From Octopus sinensis (taxonomy: Eukaryota): a stretch of 64,000 nucleotides of DNA. The notes beneath the pieces are model-generated. The model was given only the letters and a program-made list of their open reading frames with translations, searched no databases and was not told the DNA's origin. How positions within the stretch are numbered: the stretch's first letter is position 1; the number at the start of each line of letters is the position of its first letter. This document shows positions 13,701 through 27,130 of the stretch, piece after piece. The stretch lies in NCBI RefSeq assembly GCF_006345805.1, contig NC_043003.1, forward strand, positions 69,936,001-70,000,000. The letters are read 5' to 3'. Both the position numbers and the translations under genes were made by a program.

Positions 13701-14106
13701 TATTGTGCTGAATCCAAAGTTTTGCTATATGTTGGTAACTCATTTTACTTTTATTGGTCAAGTTACAACAAAAACAGCCTAGCATTCAAATCAGAGGCCA
13801 TTGTGTTGTGCCGTCTGAATCCAACTTTCTGCCAGTTCTTTGAGCGTACACTGATACCAGCTCTTGTCACTTCCTGTGCTCATGACATGTCATCAACCAA
13901 GAAGAGGTGGAAGCTTTTGTGAAGAGGCTCTTTGCCTTGAAAGATAAGAACTGGTATCAGCGTAGGATCAAAGACCCGGCATAAAGGTGGCTTCAGATAA
14001 TACAAAACGACGACCTTTATTTTGAATACTAGGCTGCTTTTTGTTGTTGTAACAATAAAGCAAATAAGTTACAAAAATATTGCAAAACTTTTCATTCAAC
14101 ACAATA
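13701..14106. mobile_element. Mariner-derived fold-back: two transposase 3' ends in inverted orientation
   Basis: Right arm encodes QEEVEAFVKRLFALKDKNWYQRRIKDPA*RWLQIIQNDDLYFEY* (mariner C-terminus) plus TIR. Left arm 13701-~13870 is its reverse complement. Confidence 0.8.
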
Positions 14107-15699
14107 TTTACATTGTTTTGAATTAATTATGAATTTACCTTGTAGCGTCAAGATTTTGATGATGTGATTGTTTATTTTTAGAATGACATACCCAAACGGG
14201 ATTGATGCCAGGCTCGCCTGACTGGCTCCCATACTGGTGGCACGTAAAAAGCACCCATTATTTTCTCGGAGTGGTTGGCATTAGGAAGGCATCTAGCTGT
14301 AGAAACCTTGCCAGATCAGATTGGAGTCTGGTGCAGCCACTGGCTTTCCAGACCTCAGTCAAACCATCCAACCCATGCCAGTATGGAAACGGATGTTAAA
14401 CAATGATGATTGCTGGGTAGGTGTGAGAGGCAAGATATGGCCAGTTTTGAACATAAAGCATGTAGAATATTTGAGCCGTATATGACTGATTTAAATGTTA
14501 AAAGGTTAAAATTTTCATTTAAATACTTCCCCAACCAAATATCTACCCTACTGATTATACTTTCTGTTACTATCTAAAGCTATTTCTTCAATTAACATGG
14601 GTCACCCATTCACATTACGTGCCCATGCTAGCACTCCCCTTGAACATATATTATATATCCAAGTATCCCCATACGTAAATGTTGCTCAAGTATTTAATGA
14701 GGTTTCTTTATTTAAATGATACTTTTCCTTCTACTAGCCATTCAAATTCTGAAGTAATAAACACTTTGTTAGAGCAAGATAATCCGAGACGAGTAAAATT
14801 AAATAATGTAGCTTATGGCAAGGAGTGCAGTGAATCCTACACCTTAATTATTTTGCTTCAGTAAGAGATGTCTCTTTTGTGTTCAAATTTGGGTAAACTG
14901 ACAATTATTTTCCTGTTCAAATGCATGTGTGTGTGTGTGTGTGTTGTGTGTGTGTGTGTATATATGTATATATATGTATATATATGTGTATATATATATA
15001 ATTTAAAAATAGGATAAAATCTTCATAAGAAATTATCAAATAGTTAGCGTGAAAAACCTCATAAGAGAAAAAATCTGTAAATTTTTTCCACTTGAATATA
15101 TTTATTTATATTATATAGAAGGCATTATTACACATAAATGCCGCATGCTAGGAGGGACTCTTAAAGTCAAAACTACCAAAATAAACATATCGTGCCGAAT
15201 GCAAGTCTCGAAGTAAGTCATTTAAAAACAGAATTTAGCTGCAGATCACCAGTGATTTCGTAATCAGCACAGTGGTTGCGCTCTTTACTCATCGGTGCAA
15301 GCATGATTCAAGATTTATAATGAATGAACAAAATCAACATACCAGACGAACAACCATCGTATCCACCGTAGCATATAGAACTGTTCACCCCTTATACATC
15401 TATGTAAATGACGGGCTTTTTCGAATTGCATTTCAGTAACAACGATAGATATAATTATAAATAAGGGCAAAAAGAAGAAATTTTCTTTGCCAATAGGCTG
15501 AAAAATAAATGCTAAATCATCTAACAACAATATATTTTCATTTATATTACAACACGTGTCGAAACAAGGAAAGCAAGCTAACAGAAATTCATAAAAATAT
15601 AGTTATCCCTGAATTGGTTCTGATTTCTGGATTAACCCAAAAAGGATTCTTCCTTCGTCAGTGAGGAACACAAATGAAAAAAAAATGAAATACTTAGAC

Positions 15700-16065
15700 A
15701 TAGGCACAGGAGTGGCTGTGTGGCAAGAAGCTTGCTTACCAACCACATGGTTCCGGGTTCAGTCCCACTGTGTGACACCTTGGGCAAGTGTCTTCTACTA
15801 TAGCCTCAGGCTGACCAAAGCCTTGTGAGTAGATTTAGTGGACGGAAACTGAAAGAAGCCCGTTGTATATATATGTATGTATGTGTGTGTGTATATGTTT
15901 GTGTCTGTGTTTATGTCTCTGTAACTTAGTTGTTCGGCAGAAGAGACAGATAGAATAAGCACTAGGCTTACAAAGAATAAGTCCTGGGGTCGATTAGCTT
16001 GACTAAAGGCAGTGTTCCAGCATGGCCACAGTCAAATGACTGAAACAAGTAAAAGAATAAAGAAT
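15700..16065 (+). mobile_element. SINE family A, representative near-full copy
   Basis: tRNA-like head GGCACAGGAGTGGCTGTGTGGCAAG..GGTTCAGTCCC, internal (TA/TG)n and tail AAGTAAAAGAATAAAG. Other approximate copies: 5340-5710(-), 7840-8150(+), 10555-10860(-), 11570-12140(+), 24205-24486(+), 31615-32010(-), 37730-38270(+), 42145-42525(+), 53960-54320(-), 55995-56370(+), 59262-59890(-), 59925-60295(-). Confidence 0.9.
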
Positions 16066-16301
16066 ACCCATGGAAAAGCAGATGCAAAGTCATGAATTCT
16101 GCAAACAAACTGTTGTTGTTACAGTAGAAATTACTAATTTTTTTAATAAATAAAATTAGAAACATTAAAAAATATTAGTAATTGTGGTTTTGAGTTCAGT
16201 CCCATTGCATGGCATCTTGGGCAAGTGTCTTCTACTACAGTTCTGGGCTGACCAGTGCTTTGTGAGTGAATTTGGTAGATGGAAAATGTGTGGAATCCCA
16301 T

Positions 16302-16332
<31 letters not shown>

Positions 16333-18599
16333 ATTCACTGCTTGACAATGGGTGTTGGTTTGTTTACATCCTCTAAATTAGTTGTCTGGCAAAAGAGGCT
16401 GACAGAATAAATACAAACTTAAAAATAAGAACTGGAGTGGATTTGTTTATGAAAACCATTGGTTCTCAACCTTTTTAATATCTGTGCCAGATCCAAAACC
16501 TGGAATTTTTTCAGGGACTAGCATCAACGGAAAGTAAAATACAAGTCAACTATAGGAAAATCTATTATATTTATTGAGGGAAGGCTTTCGAAGGCTGCGA
16601 GAAGGATGCTTGAATTGCTGGCCTAAACCCTTAAATTCAGTGCCCCACCATGGCTGCAGTCCAATGACTGAGACAAATAAATGAAGGCCATCATTTATAG
16701 TTTATGGTTAGTAATGCTTATATCTTGATGACAGAAAGGAGAGAAATAATTTTTGAAAAAAGGCACATTTCTGTGTTTCAAATCCTGCCATGATTTCCAA
16801 AGTGAATTAAATACCAGTGAAATATGGACTTATTTAATCAGCTGTAATTTTTCTCAAAAAAAAAAGAAAAAAAAAAGGAAAATGTTGGCCTCATTCCAAT
16901 GTTATACACCATAATTGCTAAAATATTATTTGTCCCTTTAGTTTGAATGTAATTATTACTTCTTTTTTTTTTCCCCTTTAATAATATCCATGTAGATGAA
17001 TAGTATTTTGTTTTCTTTACACTCAATGGATTTTTGTCTGTATATCACCATTATAAAACAGCTGCATTTTATTGGTCATGTGAACACCATTGTATTCTAA
17101 TCTTTATAGGCTAAAATACACTGGTCATGATATTTCAGAAAGTCAATAATTGCTAATAACCTGTAGGGGAGTTGTTACGGAACTATTCATCTGTGACTGA
17201 TAAACTGGTAATTTGGTTTTTATCATTGAAAAAGAAATGTTGCTAAGATAGTTATTTGATGAACTTTTCAACAGACAGGTATATTGTGAAAGAACTATTG
17301 CAGAAAATATTGTTAGTTGCATTCATAGTGAATTGATAGCTTTTGGGAACTTTTAAATTATATTTAACTCAGTGTAAATGAAAATGTTATTTATTTTATT
17401 TTATTTTATTTCATTTCTAAATACAATATCAAGCAAATGTTAGTTTCATTGAACTGGAAAAGAAGAAAAAAAAATTACAGTTTTTATGGTTGTACACAGT
17501 ATCTGAAGTGAATTGCATTCTTGTTGCTTGGAATCGCGTATAGCTTTAGCAATTTTGAGTGATTATTTCTCATGAGCTCTTTCAGTATGTACATCACACA
17601 GATTTTATTGTTGGAAATAAACTTGGATTATGTATAGCTTCTTCCAAACTGTTCTATTTACTCCTAAATTTTGTTTTGACACATTGAAATTATAATCAGC
17701 ATTTTGCTCGTCATAGTTTTCAAATATTTCTTCTATATTATTATTATTATTATTATATTATTATTATTTAAACAAGCAGTGATTTGGTTTCTCTTTTTTC
17801 TTTCCTTGTTAGAATAACTTTCCCTCATAAACTTTGGAAATTAACAATATTTTCTTTATATCATCCATCTTTGAATAATACTTTCTTGTGTAAACACAGT
17901 TCCTGCTTCTGTATAACGAGGATAAAAAGTTTAATTAGAAGCCAGCTGCAGATACTTAGGTTTCAATGTGTAGTATATCAACATAATTGTGTATGGTTTA
18001 GTCTTATATAAATTTAAAGCCAATTGTCTTTAGCAAAATATATTCCTGGTTATTTTATATTGTGGCAGCATAGAGAAGGAACAATATGAACAGGTAACGG
18101 GATTTATGTGTTCATGCTTATTTTAATCTAACACCTTTAATTTTAATTAATGACTGAAATCAAAATCAAAATCGCAGACGTGGCCAATGACAGTACTCCC
18201 TGATTGGCACTCGTGCCAGTGGAACGTTAAAAGCACATCCAAGTGTGATTGTTGTCAGGACCACAGATTGGCTCCCATGCTGGTGGCATGTAAAAAGCAC
18301 CATTCGAGTATGATCGTTACCAGTGCTGCCGGACTGGCTCCCATGCAGGTAGCATGTAAAAAACACCTTTTGAGCGTGGTCATTGCCAGAACTGCCTGAC
18401 CTGCCCTCATGCCAATGTCACGTAAAAACACCCACTACACTCTCGGAGTGGTTGGCATTAGGAAGGGCATTCAGCTGTAGAAATAGAAACTTTGCCAGAT
18501 CAGATTGAGCCTGGTGCAGCTTAAGCTCGCCAATTTTCAGCCAAACCGTCCAACCCATGCCAGCATGGAAAGCGGACGTTAAACAATGATGATGATGAT

Positions 18600-18960
18600 G
18601 ACTGAAAGAGTATGGCTGCAGATACAAACAACAGAAATAGGGTTCTTCTAAAGGGTCCCTGGAGTGATGTTTCTCGACATGGTGTGTAGCTCAGTGATTA
18701 AGGTATTTCTCTAGGTCAAGCCTCCACTTCTCTGCATTGAAAGGTCACAGCTTTGGTTAAAATGTCGCAGGAAAAGATCATAAGGCTGGAGACTTAGGAG
18801 AAGACTAAGAAGGAAATGGTTGGACAATATCCATAGTCTCAGTTGCTCATGTTTGGGAATCCTGCAAGAAAGTTGCTTTTGATAGGACCGTTTGGAGGAG
18901 GTGCCTGAGGATTCTACCCCACCCCTAATCCCTGCAGACAGAGAAAGTGTATGGATGGAT
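18600..18960 (+). mobile_element. RTE-clade (Rex3/Expander-like) LINE 3' fragment, decayed
   Basis: ERVWLQIQTTEIGFF*RVPGVMFLDMVCSSVI..VKPPLLCIERSQL resembles the RTE C-terminus (ERVRSRIQAAEMSFLRRVAGL..VEPLLLRIERSQL). Confidence 0.75.
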
Positions 18961-20340
18961 CTAGAGTAAAATTCTTCCAAACTACATCAAACAATGTGAA
19001 CAAGTAGATTCCCAAATACAAAATAGTCTTTGAATATTAGAATTGGTTTGAAATTTTGGCACAAGGCCAGCAATTTCAGGGGAGGGGTAAACTAATTACA
19101 TCAACCCCAGCGCCCAACTGCTACTTATTTTATCAATCCTGAAAGAATGAAGGGCAAAGTTGACTTTGGCGGAATTTGAACTCAGAATACAAAGAGGGAC
19201 AACATATTGCTAAGCACTTTGCCCAGCATGCAAAATTATATTATTATTATTAAGCTTACTAACTGGAATCAAAACATTCCATACTACCAGATTGATAACA
19301 GTTACCGGTATTTTTTTTTTTATCTTAGTAATGGTGTTGGCTAAATGGATAGATCTGCTGATATGAAGCACCAATACAAACGGACAGTTTATTGACCAGA
19401 TAGAACTGGATGAGATGTAGACTCTCTGAGCCGCATTGCAGGCAACTCGTGTAGGAGTGGGGGCAGTCACTAAAAATGAAAGCTGATCCAGGATATCAAA
19501 CTTTCTTTAATCCTCCTGTAAAAACCTTATAAATCCTGCTGGTATGGGTCAGGTAGGGTTTATCGAGGCAGATTTTCTATAGCCAGATGCTTTTACTGTT
19601 GCTAACCCTCACCTATTTCCAAGGAAGCTAATATTTCCCACCCTCTTAGTGAAGATACATGGCTTAGTAGTTAGAGTATTGGGCTTATAATCATAAGGTC
19701 ATGAGTTCAATTCCAAGCAGTCCATTGTCTTTGAGCAAGACACTTTATTTCATGTTGCTCCAGTCTACTCATCTGGCAAAATATGGGCAGTACTTGTAAT
19801 TCATGAGGGTCAGCCTTGTCACATTGTGCCATGCTGAATCTCACAGGATTCAGCCTGACACTATGTTACAGGTACGCATGTTAATTTGCATGTTAATTTG
19901 TTGACCAAGCTGTTCTGTTGACTGGATTAACTTGAACCCTCTTTGTAACCAATGGGGTGCCAGTTGATATTACCCCATAACCAGACATGTTTCTGTAGAA
20001 CATTGGAAAGGAATGACACTGCTTGTATGACAGTGACACTCATTTACAACTGTCATGTGATGTGAAAACAAGGAGATACATGCACACATGATGGGCCTCT
20101 TTCCATTTTCATCTCTCAAATTCATTCACAAAGCTCTGACTGGCCCAGAGCCATAAGAGAGGATACTTGCTCAAGGTTCCACACTGTAGGACCAAACCCC
20201 AAATCATGTGGTTGTGAAGAGCAGAATTTCTTAACAACACAGCCACATCTGAATACATCTAAAAATGTAATAGAGGAAATAATTATTATCACAAAGCCTT
20301 GTGGGGTGGATTTGGTTGATGGAAACTGAAAAAAGCACAT

Positions 20341-20379
<39 letters not shown>

Positions 20380-21593
20380 TCCACCACTGCTTGACAAAAG
20401 AGACCAGTAGAATAAATTCCTGGTTTAAAAAAAAAAAGTAGTAGGGTTGATTTGTTTGATTAAAATTCTTTCAGATGGTACCCCAGCATGGCCACAGTCT
20501 GATGATTGAAACAAGTAAAAGATAAAAAATAAAAATAGTACAATGAAAATATGGGAAGAAAAAAAACAATAAAATAATTTGCTTGCTCAGAACAAACGAG
20601 CCTCATTATCATTTGTGTGTGAGTCCGTGTATTGAATTGCTTGCACATTCCAAAAAAAATTAGAGCTGGCTGTTTTTGCTAATATTATCTTCATGCTATT
20701 TTATGAAGCTGTAAGATTGCCACTTAATATTTCAAAAGAGTTATTTTTCATCTCATTGGAAATTTATATGAAGCTGGAAAATGTCTGAATTAAAATTAAA
20801 CCTGATTTTGGATCTCTTTTTTTTTTTTTTAAAAAAAAAAGGGAAAATGGTGTTCTGGAAACAGTTTCTTATCTAAGTAATAATTTTGGACATAATTTAT
20901 GACAAATTCAGAATTGAGATAAGTTATTTTTTATTGCTGTGGATATAAGTTATTTATTATTGCACGTAAAAAGCACCCACTACACTCTCGGGGTGGTTGG
21001 CATTAGGAAGGGCATTCAGCTGTAGAAACATTGCCAGATCGGATTTGAGCCTGGTGCAGCCTTCTGGCTTACCAGCCCTCAGTCAAACTGTCCAAGCATA
21101 GAAAGTAGACGTTAAACAATGACGACGATGATGATGATGTTGATGTTCTTCTTGAGTACATACTTAGTATTTTATATCCAGTATTATGATCTCTGGTGTA
21201 AAATATCTTATACAGGATGTTAGTACTTCCAAATAGAGCTGATTTGTGTGCGGTTCCAGCATTAGCTGTTATATTTAGGTCATTGAGGCATGTGAGCTTG
21301 TTACAAATGGAGCCATGAACTCCAAGTTCCTACTGGTACATCTTTAGTTTATGTATTTCATTTTCTTTCGTAGATTTTCTATCAAAGCTCTGACTAATCA
21401 ATATTTCTCTGCTTCTTGCTAGATATATTATGGTTGTTTGGAATGGCTACATTTATAATGTAGCACTTCTGTTATCTCTTTCTCTACTGCAACAATGTTT
21501 GATTGATGGTACTCTATCACTGTATCTATATTTTAAAATCCCACAAGATTTTTTTTACATGTTCATTCATTCTTTAACACTCTGTCAGATGTC

Positions 21594-21651
<58 letters not shown>

Positions 21652-21679
21652 GTTGGTATCATTTCTGGTCTATCTTGAA

Positions 21680-22690
21680 ACCATATTGTTTTGATAAGCA
21701 CCAGTACAAATGTAAGCACACTTTATCATGATATTTTTTTACAATCTCACTTTACGACCATTTTACAGACATTTATAATATGGGTTGCAGTCTCCATCTC
21801 CTTGCCAAATATAACCTATATTTATCCAATTTTGTCTGGCTCTGTATAGGCTTTTTCACAGAATTTATTTGATGGGATTGGTTCTGGGCTGAAAGTATTA
21901 GTTTTCTGTTACCTTTTCTCAGTCAGTCTCATGACTTTTTCTTTCTTTCTTTTACCCTTTCTCTTTGTGTCTCTTCCAAATTAGTCATGTAGGAATATAG
22001 GAATATATTGCATATTTGCTTTGCTTATCTGCCTTGGTTTTCTCCTTGTATACATTCTTGTTCTTTGAATTTTCTTTAACCAGGTCACAATTTTCTGCGA
22101 TATTCTGCAAGGATTGTTCATTGGCAATCATTCTTCATTGCTGATTGGTCTATATTCTTCTGTTGTATGTACAAGTGGACCTGTTGTACACACACTTGTT
22201 GTTGCAATACATTGTACTTTATCAACTTCTGAATATTTTTATTGAGGTTTTCAGTTTCTTTCATAGTTCATTATCAGCCAATGGATTGACAGAGTAAAGT
22301 TGACAGCAAAATTGATGAGAAATTTGAACAATGAAATCAAGAATAATCATTCATACATGGAGATTGCTCCATGTTCACAGATGATTGCTGTCTCTTTGTG
22401 CTTCCTTGTTGTCAATGGCATTTATGACTTTCCATCCATGACCTCTCAGATGACTAATCAGTCCTGCAGATTTGTAACTGTGCTTCCGAATGGTTTGTTT
22501 TGCACACATTATCATTCTTCCATTGCCATAATTCTTTCAGTAGATGGAATGACTAATGATGTCAGCATAAAGAGACATGTGTACATCGTTGGATTACAAA
22601 GACAGATGGTTGCAGAACAGGAGTACCCTTCTCTGGGTCTCCATGATGAGTACCTTGTGACAAGTCAAAGTGAAATGACCACATAAACAC
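21680..22690 (-). mobile_element. Heavily decayed LINE remnants (RTE-like)
   Basis: Minus-strand motifs WQGDGDCN (~21780-21815) and CAKQTIRKHSYKSAGLISHLRGH (zinc-finger-like RTE C-terminus, ~22440-22510), with many stops and frameshifts. Confidence 0.55.
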
Positions 22691-24539
22691 ACACGCACTC
22701 AAATGCGTACTTGTATCCATGCATGCAAGCATAATTCTGTGATTGGTTAGGTGCAGCAGTAGCCATTTAGTTGCAAGGTCTGCTCTGCAAAGACATACTT
22801 CTAGGATCTATTCTGCTGTGCAGTATCTTGAGATTGCCTTTCTTCCTGTAGCCTCATGTTGGGAGTGAAATGTCATAGGAGTGAAATCAGGTTGACAGAA
22901 ACTATATTGAAGCTCTTTGGAAGGACCTCTAAGTATATTTGTGTTGTAATCATCATTATCAAGCATTTGTTTTCCATGCTGGCATGGGTTGGATGGTTTG
23001 ACAGGAGCTGGTAAGCCAGAGGTCTGTACTAGGTTCTAGTCATCTGTTTTGATATGGTTTCTATGCTTGAATGCCCTTCCTAACACCTATCACTTTACAG
23101 TCTGTACTGGCCACTTTCTATGTGATGCTCTTTTACATGGAGCTGGCATGGTGATTCCAGCTTAATCCGTTACCTAGTTTAACATCACTACCACCTGGCT
23201 CTTCGGTTCATTTAACAGAGTCCAGTCTGTTTCAAGTATTCAGAGCAGTTCTTCAGTTTGAAAATAAACCATTAGTCATGCCTTCTTCCTCCTTTTCTTT
23301 CACCATTTATAGAAAAAAAAGAGGCTTATTGGCACTGTTCTTCCTACTCTGATTGCATATGAACACACGAATATAAGCACGCATACATATATATATATAC
23401 ATGCATGTTTACATTCATATGTACATGCAAGATTACATGTATACATCCATACATACACAGATGTATGCCAATTATCGACTTGCCATGCCATTTGCTAACA
23501 CTTTAGTTCTCGTGCAGGCAATGCAGATTGCTAAAACTCTCTCTCTCCTCTATGTGAATTGATTTATTTGTAAGGTTTTTTTTAAAACCCTTTTGATAAA
23601 TGTATTTGTAAATACACATTTGCATGTTCCCATTCTGGAAGCTACTTATAAAATGCTCAGCCGTTCTTCCTCTTGTAGCTGAAAATAACTGACCTACTCC
23701 TGCCCCCATCGATCCTTTTACTTTTCTCCTACTTTCATCCTTCATTTCCTCTCTTCACTCCTCTATCTTTTCTCGTTCCTTATTTTATTTTGTTTCTTAT
23801 CTTCACTCATCTTTTCACTGGAGTCTTATCTTTAATCATCTCTTATCTCTCATGTCTTATTGTCTCTCATATTGTCACTCGTTTCTTACCATCACTCGTC
23901 TATCTCTTCACTCAATATTTTCACTATTACTGTCTCCCATTTCCCTTTTCATGTGTAACAAACGTCCATGACATACTGTTCTGTAAAACTCTCTTAATCA
24001 CCGCATGAAATAAATTTTAAAAAAACTTTAGGAAACTTGATGCTTCACTGAAATCATGATTTGAGACAAAGATACAAAAAATTGTTGGTCAGAGGAAACA
24101 CAATGAAGTCATGAATGGAGTAATTATTTACACTGAAAATGGATATCATATAAATTACAGGTAGGATAGGATTACCATTACACAGGTTCATGGTGAAAAA
24201 TAGAAAATATATGAGTGGATTTGGTTGACGGAAACTGAAAGAAGCCCGTCGTATATATGTATGTGTGTGTATGTTTGTGTGTCTGTGTTTGCCCCCCCCC
24301 CCACATCACTTGACAACCGATGGTGGTGTGTTTACATCCCCGTAACTTAGCGGTTCGGCAAAAGATACTGGTAGAATAAGTACTAGGCTTTCAAAGAATA
24401 AGCCCTGGGGTCGATTTGCTCGACTAAAGGCAGTGCTCCAGCATGGCCACAGTCAAATGACTGAAACGAGTAAAAGAGTAAAGAGTATTGGGTTGGTCAA
24501 TAATAATAACACTAGCACACGGAGGGAGAAATAGTTGTG

Positions 24540-24790
24540 AAATCTCTTCAAAAAGCACTGGCACCCCACATTGCTGATTTCTGCAAAATACGCCCAGCGA
24601 AGTGGTGTGGTTGCTTCAGTGAGTATCGCTGGTCGTTCTCTGCAGCAACACATCATGGTCATGTCCACAGGTTGTGGCTGAGCATGCCATTTGTTCTAGA
24701 GTCTTACTCCCACCACCACCACTACTACACACACACTATGTCTTCTGCTGCTTAACCCCTCCCTCCTTTTTTTCTTTGTTTTCTTGTAAT
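24540..24790 (+). mobile_element. Second CRE-like 3' fragment of the same family as 55150-55505
   Basis: EVVWLLQ*VSLVVL..NT peptide and the shared 3' end TCTTCTGCTGCTTAA..TTTTTTCTTTGTTT. Confidence 0.6.
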
Positions 24791-26869
24791 TAAATTGTGA
24801 TTCAATTTTTATGTAAATAAAACTGATTCTGTTGTAGAGAAAGAAATCACATTTGATAATGTGATCCAAATACTGTCTGGTTGGGAAAACAAAAAACAAA
24901 AGAAGGGTGGCATAGTATTCATGCTTGACGTGACTTAGATCATAGATTGGCTTGATCTGTGTATGACATGACCCCCACCTCCTGGCCACAGCATAAACTA
25001 GGATTAGATATCATTGACTTTAGTGCATTTGCCAACCTACAGAACAGTGATGTAGTGAACAGGTGTGTTGAAACCCTGGGCATTGAATTCCAGACCCCAA
25101 GAAATTCAGAGCAGTGGCAGATGATTGGAATAAAAATGCTTGTTGAAGCATGATGTAAATATAATGGTTTCACATTTTGAGGGGAGGGGAAAGTTGGTTA
25201 CATCAAGCCCAGTAATAGACTAGTACTAATTTTATTGATAATGAAAGGTAAGGTTGACTGCAGCAGAATTTGAACTCAAAATGTGAAGACAGACAGACGA
25301 AATGCTGTTAACCACTTTGCCTGGTGTGTTAACAGTTCTACCAACTTACCACAGTCATGATGTAAATAATGATAATAACAATAAACATAGAAAAACAAGG
25401 TTAATAGTGTAATAAATCTTTACTATTCTAGTAATGGTTCATTTGTAAAATATAGAAATATGAGAACTTAGATTTATTTTTTTAAGAACAAAAAAACAAG
25501 CTAAAAAAAAAAAGCAGGTGTTAAATTCAGTTTTTTTTGTTTTTAAGATTTTATTTGAAGATATAGAAAATGCTAGCTAATTTTTTTTTTTTTTTGTTAT
25601 CTGGATGCAATCATTTCCAAATTATCTTGAAATGCTATGTGGGTGTGTATTTTGATAAATCAATAGAATGCCAGTGTGTTATCTGAAAATTGCTTTGGCT
25701 TACTTCTTGTGAGAAGAAGAAGAAAAACATACTGTTTCAAGCAAGAATATGGCTGAGAGAATGCAAATCTTTTAGTTCTAAATATTTAAAAAAAATTTCA
25801 TTTATTTTTTTTAATGTTTTGATAATTTTAGAAGAATTAATTGAAATATCATTCATTGCCAGCTCAATAAAATGTATTTCTGGCTTCTTAAATAGGTCTT
25901 TCTTTATAAGAATCACGACAATAAGCTAATAAAATGCTCTAATATTCAGTTTTAAAGCTGTTAATATTTCCAAAATTTATAACTAGTTTCTTGATAGCTC
26001 AAGTAATTTTTTATAAATTGTATTTATCTAATTTGAACAATGGAAGAAAAAGTAATGAAAATCATAGTTTATGGATAGACAAATTTATAGGAATTATGTA
26101 AACTAATTTGGGAATTCAGAAGAAGATAAAAATACAAAGCAAATCATAGATATTACTTTTATTGTTCACATCAGTCTGCAACTCCGTCTCTGTTCATTTA
26201 CTCTGAAGAATGCTCAGAGGAATTACTATCTCACAAACCAATCTGGTATGCAGAATATTGGCTTGTCTAACTATGACATCTGACAGGCACAGATGTCGCT
26301 GCATGTGCTAAGAAGCTTTCTTGGCAACCATTTAGTTTCTACACGGCAGCTTGGACACGTGTCTTCTACTATTGTCCCAGCTGACCAATGCCTTGTGAGT
26401 GAATTTGGTAGATGAAAACTATGTGGAATCCTCTTCTACATATATGTGTGTGTGTGGTAGTGTTTGTCCATTAATGCTTGATATTGTACCTCTGAAACAG
26501 CCGTAGATGATATCCTTTACCTGAATTCACCTGAATCTGTATATATTTATTTTATCCACCTATTTACCTCTGAATTTTTAAATTTTGAACTCTCATCCGA
26601 CATTTCGTATAAACATCAAATTCTTAATCGATTCGAATAGTTCCTTTTGGAAGCCCTTATCTAGAATTTTTATCTCTTTATTTGTCACTCCTCCATTCGC
26701 TACCTGGACCCAACGTACATGATGCATAGTTTTCACATATAACTTTTAACTGTAATTTTGTTCACTGATTTATAGATTTAGATGTATATTTATTTCGTTG
26801 TGTTTTAAATTATGTTTTGGAATTTGTATTGATGGCCTAGATATGTTCCTTTTCTAATTCCCCTTATCC

Positions 26870-27011
26870 TTATATATATATATATATACATATAGTGTAT
26901 GTACATGTGTATATTTATATAATGTATGTATATGTGTGTGTGTATAATGTATGTATGTGTGTGTATATATGTATGTATATGTGAATATATAATGTATGTA
27001 TATGTGTATAT

Positions 27012-27044
<33 letters not shown>

Positions 27045-27065
27045 CATATATATATACACATATAC

Positions 27066-27098
<33 letters not shown>

Positions 27099-27130
27099 CG
27101 CAATATATATACATATATATATATATAATA
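26870..27130. repeat. Compound (TA)/(TG)/(CA) microsatellite
   Basis: Directly visible. Many shorter (TA)n, (CA)n, (GA)n, (AAT)n and (CAT)n tracts occur throughout, e.g. 2700-2740, 3059-3098, 30875-30940, 32084-32130, 32276-32330, 32480-32550. Confidence 0.95.

Noticed and set aside
13464-13922. 152-aa ORF as a gene
   Set aside because: It starts in a poly-T tract and runs through the antisense arm of the mariner fold-back, with no protein-like features.
18069-18093. 25-nt microexon (CAG/CATAGAG...GAACAG/GTAACG)
   Set aside because: Weak polypyrimidine tract, non-triplet length and nothing to link it to.
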